Shown: piece after piece, positions 38,216 to 50,539 of the stretch | Layout of the letters: each line of letters begins with the position of its first letter | Position numbering within the stretch: the stretch's first letter is position 1 | NCBI RefSeq assembly: GCF_004010195.1 | Contig: NC_057718.1 | Span: 25,237,261-25,301,260 of the forward strand | DNA: 64,000 nucleotides | Origin: Chiloscyllium plagiosum | Taxonomy: Eukaryota | Direction: 5' to 3' | The notes under the pieces: model-generated | Told to the model about the DNA's origin: nothing | Database searches by the model: none | What the model saw: the letters and a program-made list of their open reading frames with translations, nothing else | Position numbers and translations under genes: made by a program

Positions 38216-38667
38216 CAATTTAGTAATACTATAGCACCAGCAAATTTGTACGTGACAATGTCCCATTAATGTTTTTATGATAATAATCACTCTTTCAATA
38301 ATATTGCTTGAGGGCTAAGTGTTGGCTGATATCCCCTGCTTTTCATCTAATATCATAACTAATATCCAATTAATCAGGCCAGAACATCAGTTTTTACTTT
38401 TTATGGCAACTACCTGACTCTGAAGCAAGAGTATTACTGCTGAAGCAAGGTTGAACATCTAGATCTCAACTGATTGAGCACTTACATAATAATAATGCTG
38501 TGGATTATTTTCAGATCAGCAAATGCAAAATCTGTTTTTTTGAATCCTAGTTAATTTAGAAAGAAATGATTATGTTCTCTGGCAACGAATGAGTAACCAT
38601 TATGTTTTGTTGACTTTCGATTATGATTGTTTGTAGATATATTATGCATTTGTTCACTTTCTTGTAG

Positions 38668-38778
38668 GATGTTTCCCAAGTGACTGGCTGTGATTACCTT
38701 AGCCAGTTAAAACGAATTGTAGCTGTTACTGAAACAAGTATTGTTATATGGGATCATAAACCAAAGACTAAAAACCAG
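38668..38778 (+). CDS. WDR64: WDR64 coding exon E (111 nt; phase 0 to 0)
   Basis: Acceptor ctttcttgtag, donor CAG|gtaaac. Encodes DVSQVTGCDYLSQLKRIVAVTETSIVIWDHKPKTKNQ with a WD-type strand end (IVIWD). Confidence 0.95.
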
Positions 38779-40429
38779 GTAAACTTTATTGTTTTGCCCA
38801 TTGAATGGAGTATTCAGTTGTTTATAGAATCCTAGAGGAAATAACACTCAAGGAATGGCTTGGCCCAATGCATATTTACCAGTACTAAGTAGAAATAGAG
38901 CCATTAATTCTATCCTTCCTATTTTTACATATGTAACTTTTGCTGCATCCTTCAGCACCCATATTAAAGACGGCACACAATCAGAAACCCTTAGGGCTTT
39001 ACCTGTCACCTAGAAACTCTGATTTTGGATAAGTGGTTGAGTGTGTGGGTGTGTTTCAAACCTTTGGTGGTAGTCTAATCTTGTGGTAACCAGGTCTCTG
39101 CATCTGTGGACAGACTGGAATTAAAAAGTCTTTAAAAAGCAGTTTTCCAAAAATCTTTATTCAAGATTTCAAAATTTTGGTCAACAGCGACTGTTTTGTA
39201 TCAGCAACTCCAAACTTCTATCTGCTTGAGTTGACATGGTAGACATGGTACAACGTTCAACCAGTTAGCCCGTGTTTTGAGTTTATAACTGTGAACGGTG
39301 CAGGTATGAAGAGTCATATGCAAATCAGACTCAGGGGAACTCAGTGATTTCATGAAGTTGTGAAAAAACCTGGGAGTACCTTCAGATTCAAAAATGACTT
39401 TCTGTCCTAATTCCTTCATAGTAGCATATTTTTATGCTCTTCAGGCATTACTAATGCACAGAGAATGGCAATGAAATGTATCACCAGTTTATTTTAAGCA
39501 CAAGGACAGAGAATAGCAGTAAGTCTAACAAAACAAATTCTCAGTGGATTGAAAGATTGAAGAGATCCAGGAGTATAGATGCACAGACATCTAAAAATAA
39601 GATTGGAAGTGCAAGGGCCACTCAAGGGACGAATGAAATTCTATTTTTATACACACAAGGGCATTAACTACAAAAGCAACAAAGGATTATGAATATGAAC
39701 AAGACATTGTGGTACAGAAAGGATTTGGCAGCCAGGATTGTATCCTAGGTTCACTGGAATAATATTGTTGATAAAAGGACATATTTATGATCAGATCTGA
39801 CAAATTATGCCTTCTGGAGCAGAGAAGGTTCAGAGTGCATCCAACAGAAGCATTAACATATTTGAAATTATAAATAGTGAAAGTTTATTTCCACTGATTG
39901 AATCTGTACAAGTGAGTGTGAGCATAGAATAAACACTGGGAGCATGTGGGGAGGTAATATGTTTTTAGTCATGTGAACCTTCGTTAGAATATAGAATGCA
40001 TTTTCGCAAGTGAATATTGAAGCTAAGACAATATGTAATTCAATGACTATTTGGCAGAAATATTATTTGCTATAGGAAAGAGCATGGAAATAGACATTAA
40101 AAGCAACAATTTCCATTGTAGAGTGAACCCTGTTATTGATGTAAGACAGGATTTTCCCGAATGAAGTGGGTAGTGGGAAATTTCAATAAACTTGCCCCTC
40201 ATACCCAAGTTTTATCCTTCAAGGACTGTTGCAGTGGTGGGGATTTCAGGTGCAGGCTCCAGTCTATTGCACCACCACCAGGGAGCAGATCAGAGGCAAA
40301 CATGAGGGCAGCCAGAGGCTGAGATGGCTTGGTTAAAAGATCCAGCACATTTCCTTCGAATTGGAACCAGTTGTTTTGTTAAATTTTAGACTGGCCAGCC
40401 CTTGCCATTTCCAAACTATCACTTATGCT

Positions 40430-42440
40430 ATAGTTTGGAGTGGGAGTGGGGGTGTGGGTGGGGGGGGGGGTGTGGCGCTGTAGTGTACAGTGCTGAGGGA
40501 GAAAAGGGTGTTGATAGTTCAGATTAGGTGATCGGAATGTAAGAATGGCAGAGCAATGGTATGTCTGACTGCCAGACTTGAATGAAAGACAGTCCCACTG
40601 GGCTGGGGAAAGGGGAGAGAGGACATGGTGACAGAGAATATAACGAGTAAAGCTAAAAGAAAGGGAAGAAATGGGAATGAGTTCACAATTTGAAAGGGTT
40701 GAACTCAATATTAACTCCCGAAGTTTGTAAAGTGCCCAGTTTGAAGATGAGATATTGTTCCTCCAGTTTGTGCAGCAATTCACTGGAACACTGCAACATG
40801 GTGAGCAGGACGCTGTGTCAAAATGACCAGCTACGGGAAGGTTGAGGTCATGCTGACACCAGAGGTGTTCTGCAAAGCAGTCACCCAGTCTGTGTTTGGT
40901 TTCTCCAATGTGGAGTAGGCCACATTGAGTGCAGCAAATACAACACACAGGATTGGAGAAGGTACAGGCGAAATGCTGCTTCATCTGGAAAGACTGTTTT
41001 GGCCCTTCGATAGTGAGCAGGGAGGGGGTGAAGGGGCAAGTGTTGCACCTTCCGCAGTTACATGGGAAAGGGCCATGGGAATGGGAGGGAGTGGTGTGAG
41101 CCGTTGATGAATGGACTAAGGTGTTCTGGAGGGAACGATATCTGCAAAATGGGGGGAAGATGTGTTTATTGGTGGTGTTCTGCTGGAGTTGTCTGAAATG
41201 GCAGAGAATGATCCTTTCCATACGAAGGCTGGTGAGATGATAATTGTGAGACCAAGGGGGACCTGATTATGCTGTTGTGAGTGATGGGGTGGGTACAAGG
41301 GTGGAAACGCGGGTGATTGGTGGGATGCGGTTGAAGGGCCTGTCAACCACAGTGGGTGGGAAGCCAAAGTTATGGAAGAAGGAAGTCACGTCAGCAGCGC
41401 TATTTCGGAGGGAGGCGGCATCTGAACAGATGCTACGTGGGTGAATGGGATGGAGCCCTTACAGGATGTGTGATGACCTGCCATGAGGGTAGCTATGGGA
41501 GTGCATTGCTTTTTAGTGGATGGCCATGGACAGTTTATTCCCCAAAATGGAGACAGAGAGGTCAAATAAAGGAAGGGAAATTCCAGAAATGAATGATGTG
41601 AAAGTTATAGGGGTGGAAATTGGAGGCAAAATGAATAAACGTTTCAAGGTCTTGACAGGAGCATGAAGTGGTACTGAAGCAGTTGTTGATGTACCAAATA
41701 AAGAGTTGTGGGAGCGGACCAGTGAAGTACTGGAACCAGGATTGTTCCACATCCTCAGTAAAGAGGCAGGTATAAATGGGACCCAAGCAGGTGACCGTAA
41801 CCACTCCTTTGACTTGAGAGAAGTGAGATGAATTAAAGGAGAAATTGTTCAGTGAAAGAACAAGTTCAGCCCGGCAGAGGAGAGTGGAGATCATTCAGGC
41901 CTCTGATCAAGGACGAAGCCAAGACTCGCAGATTGTCCGGGGGGGAATGGAGGTATAGAGGGATTGGACATGCATGGTAAACTGGAAGCAGTTAAGGCGG
42001 AGGAAACTGGAAATTGCCAAGATGGTGGAAGGCATCAGAGTAATCACGATATATGTGAGCAGGGTCTGGATGAGTAGAGAGAGGATGGAGTCAAGATCGG
42101 AGGAAATGAATTCAATGGAGCAGGAACAGGCTGATATGATGGACCTACTGGGGCAGTCTGGCTTGTGGATTTGGGGAAGGAGGTAGAAGTGGGCTGTCCA
42201 GAGTTGGGAAACTATAAGGTAGGAGGCGGAGGGGAGGGGGGAGGTGGGGTGCGGGGTGATTTAAGATCTCTGGAGGGAATGAGATCAATGACAATCTTGG
42301 AAACAGTTGCTTGATGTTCGGATGTGGGGGCATGGCCGAGGGGAAAGTAAGAAAACGTGTTGAAGAATTGGGATTGAGACTCCATGAGGTAAAGATAAAT
42401 GCACCAGACTACAATGGCACCATCTTTGTTGGCGGGTTTG
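40430..42440 (-). mobile_element. Decayed Penelope-like element (RT plus GIY-YIG)
   Basis: RT remnant LVLSLNNFSFNSSHFSQVKGV (ORF 41562..41894). Cys-rich linker PCNCGRCNTCP and GIY-YIG CTQCGLLHIGETKHRLGDCFAEH (ORF 40379..41221). Confidence 0.88.
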
Positions 42441-42640
42441 TATTAATTTATGTTGCCTACACACCCTTCCTACCAACTGAACCAGTATCGAGCTTGGGCA
42501 GGCATGAAGAACATTGTTGATATAAAGTAATCATCTAAATATCTCTTGTAGACTTCAGTACATTTCAGGATATTATCTTTTTCTTAGCTAACAGATTGCC
42601 TTCTGTCCTTGCACATGCGAAGCAATTAACTATGTTTTTC

Positions 42641-43034
42641 TAATTATTTATGTACTGGACATACGGAGTGTATTTCTGCAGGCTTCTCTGGTTTGTCTGC
42701 CATAACATTAATGGAGGGGCTGATGAAAACCTGCTGTTTACTTAATCTTCTGCATTTCTAAGGGCTTTCCACTAATGGAATGCCCTGCCAATAGCAGTGG
42801 TGGACTCTCCCTCTTTATGGGCATTTAAACAGGCATTTAATTATTTATGTACTGGAGATACGGAGTGTATTTCTGCAGGCTTCTCTGGTTTGTCTGCCAT
42901 AACATTAATGGTGGGGCTGATGAAAACCTGCTGTTTACTTAATCTTCTGCATTTCTAAGGGCTTTCCACTAATGAAATGCCCTGCCAATAGCAGTGGTGG
43001 ACTCTCCCTCTTTATGGGCATTTAAACAGGCATT
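42641..43034. repeat. 197-bp tandem duplication including the 5' junction of a short CR1 tail fragment
   Basis: Units 42641-42837 and 42838-43034 differ at 3 positions. The CR1 tail continues to about 43100. Confidence 0.92.
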
Positions 43035-43877
43035 GGATAGATCGGCGCAACATCGAGGGCCAAAGGGCCTGTACTGCGCTGTATTTTTCTATGTTCTATG
43101 TAAAGTTATGATAAATAAACATCAGAGAACTGAAAATAATCACATTCTAACAATATTGCAATCCTGATAAATGTGCATTATTGGGGGCATTCGCATGATC
43201 AAAATATGCCCATCTGATATCAGTGTCCACTCTGAATAACATGGTGGGTTTTGAGTGTGTCAAAATCAAATGAGACATAACTTTCTTTGGCAGACTAGGC
43301 CTACAGGCCTGAGGAGTCCACCCTTACCAAAACAAATGTCACAATATTTGTCGCTTCCCCCCACGCCCCGACAATCATTTTTGTTATCACTATCATTAGG
43401 TTATGTTTTCCTCCTGAAAACTGTCTCTAGGCTACACCAGATCACATACAAACGACTGTTTCTTGCCCCATGTTTACAACAGAAATATTGGCTGCATTCA
43501 CTTCTGTAACATTGCTCCCATCTTTCCCTGCATCATCTCATCAGTTTCAGAAATTCACTTGCCCGAGCAAGACTCTGCTATGTAGGTCATGTATCAAGTA
43601 CCACTCACTTCCCACTCCTGTCCTCCTTGACAAACTTTGTCTGCCCATACCTTTAAGTTTAAAATTCTCATTCTTATATTTAAATCTGTTGTTTATTTTA
43701 CGTGGTCGCGTGTACAAAACATTTGTGAAATTATATGCATGAAGATCTCTTGTGCATTTTATTAAACAAGGTAAACATAATTTTAACACAATTGTCAAAT
43801 GCTAACTTGTTCTTTTCCATTTCTTTAAAAAATATACAAACTGACAGCTTTGAACTGATGTTTACATTTTTCAACAG

Positions 43878-44092
43878 ACTAATTTTTTGACTCTTAAACC
43901 TATGAAAAACATTATGCTCTGTGTCTGTACGGTAAACCTACCTGAGTATAGGGATGAAGATTGCTTACTAATTGGCGATGATGCTGGGTTTTTGAATCGA
44001 ATAATTGTGGGAAGTGATGATCTCAACTTCCAGAAATCCATGGAAAGTGATGCTTTGCGATCCCAGGCCTTGGATCCACGCCTTCTTCGTCG
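43878..44092 (+). CDS. WDR64: WDR64 coding exon F (215 nt; phase 0 to 2)
   Basis: Acceptor tttttcaacag, donor CG|gtaggt. Encodes TNFLTLKPMKNIMLCVCTVNLPEYRDEDCLLIGDDAGFLNRIIVGSDDLNFQKSMESDALRSQALDPRLLR. Overlaps ORF 43887..44096. Confidence 0.95.
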
Positions 44093-45480
44093 GTAGGTTG
44101 TCACATATATTTGGATAGCTTTCATTTGTCTGAAGTGTTGGTTTAGTTGCTGGCAATTGCTAAACCTCTGAAAGAGTCAAAGTTTTTTTGTGCAGCATCT
44201 GTAGTGTTGATTATAAATCCATGTTACAACGTGTAACTTATCAGCATGGATTCAAGCCTGACAAACCTCATTGAATGTTTTTGAAGAGGTGAGTTAGGTG
44301 AGTTACCATTATTCCCATCCACAGGTTAATGCCTATGGATGTTGTGTGTATGGATTTCCAGAATGCATTTAATAAAGTCCCACATAAGAGACTGTTAACT
44401 AAGGGAGAAGCCGGTGGAATTAAGGGCAAATTACTGACGTGGCTGGGAAATTGGTTGTGTGGCAGGTGACAGAAAGTAGGGATAATGGTACGTACTGAAA
44501 TTGACAGGATGTGACTTGTGGTGTTCTGTAAGGATCTGTATAAAGGCCTCAATTAGTCATTTTATTTATTTACAAATTGGATAATGGCATAGAACATCAT
44601 ATATCCAAATTTGCTGATGATACAAAGTTACATGGCATTGTAGACAGTGCAGATAATAGAATAAAATTACAAAGGAATATTGATAGACAAACTGGATGGA
44701 CAAAACTGGCAGATGGAGTTCAATGTAAGCAAATAGGAGGTATTCCATTTTGGACAGAGAAAAGATAGATCAGGGTACATTATAGAGAGCATGAAGTTAA
44801 GTGCAGTCGATATCCAAAGAGAATTAGGGGTTCAAGTGCACAGATCTTTAAAATGTTACAAAGAGATGCAGAAAATAATCAAGAAAGCTAATGGAAAGCT
44901 AGCCTTTATAAAGTCATAAAGTTGTACAGCATAGAAACAGACTCTTTGGCCCAACCAGGTTTCCTAAACTGAACTGAACCATTTTGCCCCAAATCTTTTC
45001 TATCCATATATCTGTCGAAATGTCTTTTAAATGTTGTAACTGAAGTTGCCTCTACCACTTCCTCTGGCACCTCATTTCATATACGCACTGCCCTCTGTGT
45101 GAAAAAAGTTGTCTCTTAGGTCCTTTTGTATCTAGACGACTGGAGTATGAGGATGCAGAGGTTATCCTGCAGTTATACAAAACCTTGGTTAGACCTTAAT
45201 CTTAACTATGAGCAGATCTATGCACCACAGCTGAGGAAGGATGTATTAGCTTTGGAGGGAGTACATTACAGGTTTATAAGAATAATAGTTGGACTTCAGG
45301 GGTTATGTTGTGGGTAGATTATACAAATTAGGCTTATTTTCTCGAGAATTTAAAAGGTTAAGAGGTGATCTGATCAAAGATTTCAAGATATTAACATGAA
45401 AGTACAGGTTAAATAAAGGTAAATTATTCCCACTGTTTGGGGACCCTAGGACTAATGACATCATCTGAGAATTAGGGGTC

Positions 45481-46434
45481 TCTGATGATGCTGCTCCTTT
45501 CACAAGGTTATGTTGTCCTTGTTTTTTATTCAGGAAGTTGTAAAACAGAGGTTCCAAAATGTCTGGGCACGGATGGGTTTTAGATTAGATTCCCTACAGT
45601 GTAGAAACAGGCCCTCCGGCCCAACAAGTCCACACCGACCCTCCGAAGAGTAAACCACCCAGACCTATTTCCCTCTCACTAAAGCACCTAACACTATGGG
45701 CAATTTAGCATGGCCAGTTCACCTGACCTGCACATCTTTGGACAGTGGGAGGAAACTGGAGCACCCGGAGGAAACCCAAGCAGTCACGGGGAGAATGTGC
45801 AAACTCCACACAGACAGTCACCCGAGGCTGGAATCGAACATGAGACCCTGGTGCTGTGAGGCAGCAGTGCTAATCACTGAGCCACCATGCCGCCCTAGGG
45901 TTACTTTGATTATAGCTAACAAATACTGCCTCAGGCAAAAGGCTTTCAAGCTTTTAAAACAAACACTTGTACAACAAAAGGGGAATGGCCAGTTCCCCCA
46001 GCTCAGCTTTACCCTAGTTTGGTTTAGTTTTAGCAGTAGTGTTGTGAAACTGCTGGACCCAAAGAAGCAGGTCCATGCTGGTACTCTCTCTCTCTCTCCC
46101 TGACATTTCTCTCCTGTAAAACCCTGTGTTTGATTTTTCTTTTTGCCAAGGGGTGTTTATGAGGATTGTTGCAAGTATTAGGAACAGCATCGTTAAGTTG
46201 GGATAATCTATTGGGTTTTTGGATCGGTTAAGTTATTCTGTATTCTATTCTCTTTTGCTTGTGTTTAATCAGGTAATCTTGTAAGTAAATTCTGTTTTGT
46301 CTAAATGTAAGTGATTTGACCAGTAGTATCTCTCCTGGAATATCTGTGTTACACCTGCTTAAAACAACTAGCAAAGTTAGGGTCTGGGCTCCTTTCTTGA
46401 AATGTTTTGAGGGGGTCTGGCCTGGTCCATAATA
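45481..46434. mobile_element. Solo LTR related to 15736-16468, opposite orientation, interrupted by an HE1 SINE
   Basis: Both ends match the reverse complement of the first LTR (atgctgctc.ttt.acaaggtta; gttttgag.ggtctggcctggt.cataa). Termini are decayed (tctga...aata) with a near-TSD ggtc/ggcc. Confidence 0.78.
45581..45895 (-). mobile_element. HE1-type V-SINE inside the solo LTR
   Basis: Full reverse-complement copy. Confidence 0.9.
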
Positions 46435-46644
46435 GGCCAGACTGTTAATGGACAAGGTTAGGAAGCACTTCTACTGTGAAAGTACACAATGGCATGATGC
46501 ATTAATTATTATTTTTAAATCTGACAAAGATAAACTTTGTTTAAGCAAAGCTTTTAAGGGATATGGGCCAAAGGCAGGTATTCGGAAGAAGGCCACATTG
46601 AATAGTAAAACAGGTTTGAGGGGCTGAATGGCCTACTCTGCCAC

Positions 46645-48125
46645 ATCCAATTGTGAATGATGATGGACAATTAAATAACTTACTGGAGGAGGAGGCTCCA
46701 CAAGTATCCCATCCTCAATGATGGAAGAGCTCAAGACAGCAGTGCAAAACATAAGGATAAAGCAGTTACAACAATTTTCAGCCTGAAGTGCCACGTGGAT
46801 GATCCATCTCGGCCTCCTCCAGTGGTCCCCAACATCTCAGTTACCAGCATGTGATATCAAGAAATGGTTGGAGGCAGTGGAGAGTGCAAAGGCTATTGGC
46901 CTTGACAATATTCCAGCAATTATACAGAATTTGACGCTCCCCTAACCAATCCCTTTCTGTACAGTTACAACACTGGCATCAATCCGATGATGTGGTAAAT
47001 TGCCAAGGTGTATTCTGAATACAAAAAGTAAGACAAATCCAACCCTGCCAATTACTGGTCTACTCTCAACCATCACTAAAGTGATGGGTTGTGTCATCAA
47101 CAGTACTTTTGAGCAGCACATGTTCAGCAACAACCTGCTCACTGAAGTCCAGTTTGAATTCTGCTAGGGCAACTCAGCTCCTGACCTTATTCCAACCTGG
47201 CATCGCTGCAGAGTTCCACATGGTAGTGTCCTTGGCCAAACCATTTTCAGCTGCTGCATAAATGACCTTCCCTCCATAATAATGTCAGAAGTGGGAATGT
47301 TTGTTGATGATCGCACAGTGTTCAGCACCATTCGCAACTCCTCAGATACTGAAGCAGTCCATGTTCAAATGCAACAAGACCGAGACAAATGTCAAGAAAG
47401 ATTCACACCACACAAATGCCAGGCAATGACCATCTGCAATAAGACACAATCTAACCACTCCCACCCCCCCTCCCCACCCCTTAATATTCAGTGTTGTTAC
47501 CATCACTGAATTCCCTGCTATCAACATCCTTGGGGTTACCATTGAGCAGAAAGTCAACTGGGCTCGCTACATAAATACAAGAGCAGGTCAGAGGCTAGGA
47601 ATATTGTGGTGAATAACTCACCTTCTTGTGACTCAAAGTCTGTTTACCATCCACAAGGCACAAGTCAGGATTGTGATGGAATACTCCCCACTTGACTGGA
47701 TGGTGCAGCTACAACAACACTCAAGAAGCTTGACACTACGTATCATATCCACAAGCTTCCACTCCCTCCACCATTGAAGCTCAGTAGCAGCAGAGCATAT
47801 CTACAAGATGCACTGCAGAAATTCACCAATGATCTTTTGACAGCACCTTCCAAACCAGACGAACTTCCATTCAGAAGGACAAGAGCAGCAGATAAATGGG
47901 AATATCACCCCCTGCAAATTGCTCTCCAAGCCACTCACCATTTGGAAATAAATTGCCATTCCTTCAAAATCCTGGAATTCCTCCCTTGTAGAAATTTTGA
48001 GTCAACTTATAGCACATGGACTGTAGTGGTTCAAGAAGGCAATTCGCCACTGCTTTGTCAAGGGCAGCTGGGGATGGACAATAAATGTTGGCCAACCAGT
48101 AAAGCCCAGCTCCCATGATTCAATT
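46645..48125 (+). mobile_element. CR1/L2-clade LINE remnant (second family)
   Basis: KAIGLDNIPA, SNPANY, MFVDDRTVF (ORF 47282..47509), KAQVRIVMEYSPL, with the same tail as 27580-28305. Confidence 0.75.
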
Positions 48126-48227
48126 AGAAATAGTCAGTTTACACATAACACAGTGACCAAAAAATCTACTTTCATGCTATATTTTGAAGACTAATATTGG
48201 CATGGATATCAGGGAAAGCTACCATAA

Positions 48228-48539
48228 AATCACCACAGTGTGGAAACAGGCCATTTGGCCCAACAAATCCATGCTGACCTTCTGATGAGTAACCCACCCA
48301 GACTGATTTCACATGACTAACACAACTAACCTACACATCCGTGAATACAATGGGCAATTTAGCTTGGCCAATTCACCTAACCTGCATACCTTTGTGACTG
48401 TGGGAGGAAGCCAGAGCACATCCATGCAGACACAGGGAGAATGTGCAAACTTGACACAGACAGTCACCTGATGCTGGAATTGAACCCAGGTCCTTGGTGC
48501 TGTGAGGTAGCAGTTCTAACCACTGGGTCACCATGCCAC
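48228..48539 (-). mobile_element. HE1-type V-SINE inserted in a DeuSINE-like remnant (about 48180-48700)
   Basis: Reverse-complement HE1. The flanks read aatattgggcatggatatcaggg ... tccacctgggagggcagatg..cttggttt. Confidence 0.75.
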
Positions 48540-48834
48540 TCCAGGGTCTTCTTTAAGACAATGACATGCTTTATATCCACCTGGGAGGGCAGATGCAACC
48601 TTGGTTTGATATATTATCCAAGACATGACACCTGTGAATCAACTGCAGCTGGACTGGACTGTTTTACACAGGAGCTTCTGAGGTGGAACTTAAATCTTCT
48701 GATTAAGACACGTGCTTAAAGTAACTATCTGATTGCTAAGATAAACAAAAGTGTCATCATCATAAATTTAAAGAACAATAACTTTTCTAAATTGCATAGT
48801 GTCCTTCAGTTATAATTTTTTTTTTCTTTTCCAG

Positions 48835-48975
48835 CCCCATTCTACGTCGGAAACTACACAATGGCTGGGTATTGAGAGTGAAGTACTTTGCACATTTGAA
48901 CTGTTTTGCGTGCTGTTCTCCAGACAGCGTGCATTCACTGGTCCTGGATGACATACGCAAGCTTGGAGACTGTCA
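48835..48975 (+). CDS. WDR64: WDR64 coding exon G (141 nt; phase 2 to 2)
   Basis: Long pyrimidine tract ending ttccag, donor CA|gtgagt. Encodes PILRRKLHNGWVLRVKYFAHLNCFACCSPDSVHSLVLDDIRKLGDC. Confidence 0.95.
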
Positions 48976-49591
48976 GTGAGTTACAAGCATTTATGCACAA
49001 AGCTGTAAATTTAATCCTTTGTGGAATTATGTAACTGTACTTTCTATTGAAATGTGTAGACAGCTGCCAAACTATGGCCATAGATGTGACTTTCTTATCA
49101 GAGTTAAGCCTGTTTTGTGATCCCACGAAAATGCTGCAATATGTCAAGATTTTTCAGAAATACATCTGAATATGTCAGGATAAGAGGCACTAATTCAACA
49201 CCCTCTTTGGCCATTATTCTCTTTTTGAATTAATATGTCCCGCGATCTGGCTAAAGCAGTCAGACCCTAGCACTGGAAGTATGATTTTTCTGCAGCAGCC
49301 CACACCACTTTCTGAAAGCCTGATGCATACCAGTTGTTTTTATTTCTTTGGGATAGCACTTGAAGACTTGAAAATGATGCTGAAACTCCATTGAAGGGCC
49401 TTACATGATCAATGTTTTTGGCAAATTCTGTTTACAAAACAGATGCCACTGCTCGGATTGCATATCGGGCCTCAATTGCCAAAGCTGATGCAAATTTAAT
49501 CAGGATAATGCTGTTGTTCAAAGAAATATTAGCATCTATTCAGGTGGGATCTTGCATAAAAGAAAAACTCAATGGGTGCAAATTTATGCAA

Positions 49592-49794
49592 GTCGAGAGT
49601 GTGGTGCTGGAAAAGCACAGCACGTCAGGCAGCATCCGAGAAGCAGGAAAATAGACATTTTGGGCAAAAGCCCTTCAAAGGCCTTTTGCCCGAAAGGTCG
49701 ATTTTCCTGCTTCTCGGATGCTGCCTGACCTGCTGTGCTTTTCCAGCACCACATACTCCACTCTAATCTCCAACATTTGCAGTCCTCACTTTCG
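49592..49794. mobile_element. Fold-back element made of two inverted Penelope pseudo-LTR pieces
   Basis: About 49598-49673 is the reverse complement of about 49680-49755. TSD gcaa(a/g)tttatgcaa at 49578-49591 and 49795-49808. Confidence 0.85.
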
Positions 49795-49837
49795 GCAAGT
49801 TTATGCAACTTAATGTCTTTCACTTTTTTTTGGAATG

Positions 49838-50539
49838 TCAATAGACAATATAGACAATAGACAATAGGTGCAGGAGTAGGCCATTCTGCCCTTCGAGCCA
49901 GCACCACCATTTATTATGATCATGGCTGATCATCCTCAATCAGTATCCTGTTCCTGCCTTATCCACATAACCCTTGATTCCACTATCCTTAAGAGCTCTA
50001 TCCAACTCTTTCTTGAAAGTATCCAGAGACTTGGCCTCCACAGCCTTCTGGGGCAGAGTATTCCATACACCCACCAGTCTCTGGGTGAAGAAGTTTCTCC
50101 TCAACTCTGTTCTAAGTTCTAAGGCTAGCCTACTCCTTATTTTTAAACTGTGTCCTGTATCCTCTGGTTTGGGACTCAACCGTCAGCGGAAACATGCTTC
50201 CTGCCTCCAGAGTGTCCAATCCTTTGATAATCTTATACGTCTCAATCAGATCCCCTTCAGTCTTCTAAACTCAAGGGTATACAAGCCCAGTCGCTCCAAT
50301 CTTTCAGCGTAAGATAATTCCACCATTCCGGGAATTGACCTCGTGAACCTATGCTGTACTCCCTCAATAGCCAGAATGTCTTTCCTCAAATTTGGAGACC
50401 AAAACTGCACAAACTCAAGCGTATACAAGCCCAGTCGCTCCAATCTTTCAGCGTAAGATAATTCCGCCATTCCGGGAACTGACCTCGTGAACCTATGCTG
50501 TACTCCCTCAATAGCCAGAATGTCTTTCCTCAAATATGG
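49838..50539 (-). mobile_element. 5'-truncated CR1 3' fragment with a 144-bp tandem duplication at the truncation point
   Basis: Same family as 30284-31381. LRKDILAIEGVQHRFTRS..LERLGLYTLEF occurs twice in ORF 50246..50734 (units start at 50267 and 50411). Confidence 0.9.

Larger units (their letters stand above)
44240..46640 (+). mobile_element. 5'-truncated CR1 with nested antisense CR1 tail (about 44912-45125), solo LTR and SINE
   Basis: DFQNAFNKVPH, ISKFADDTKL (ORF 44577..44768). The 3' region resumes after 46438. Confidence 0.8.
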
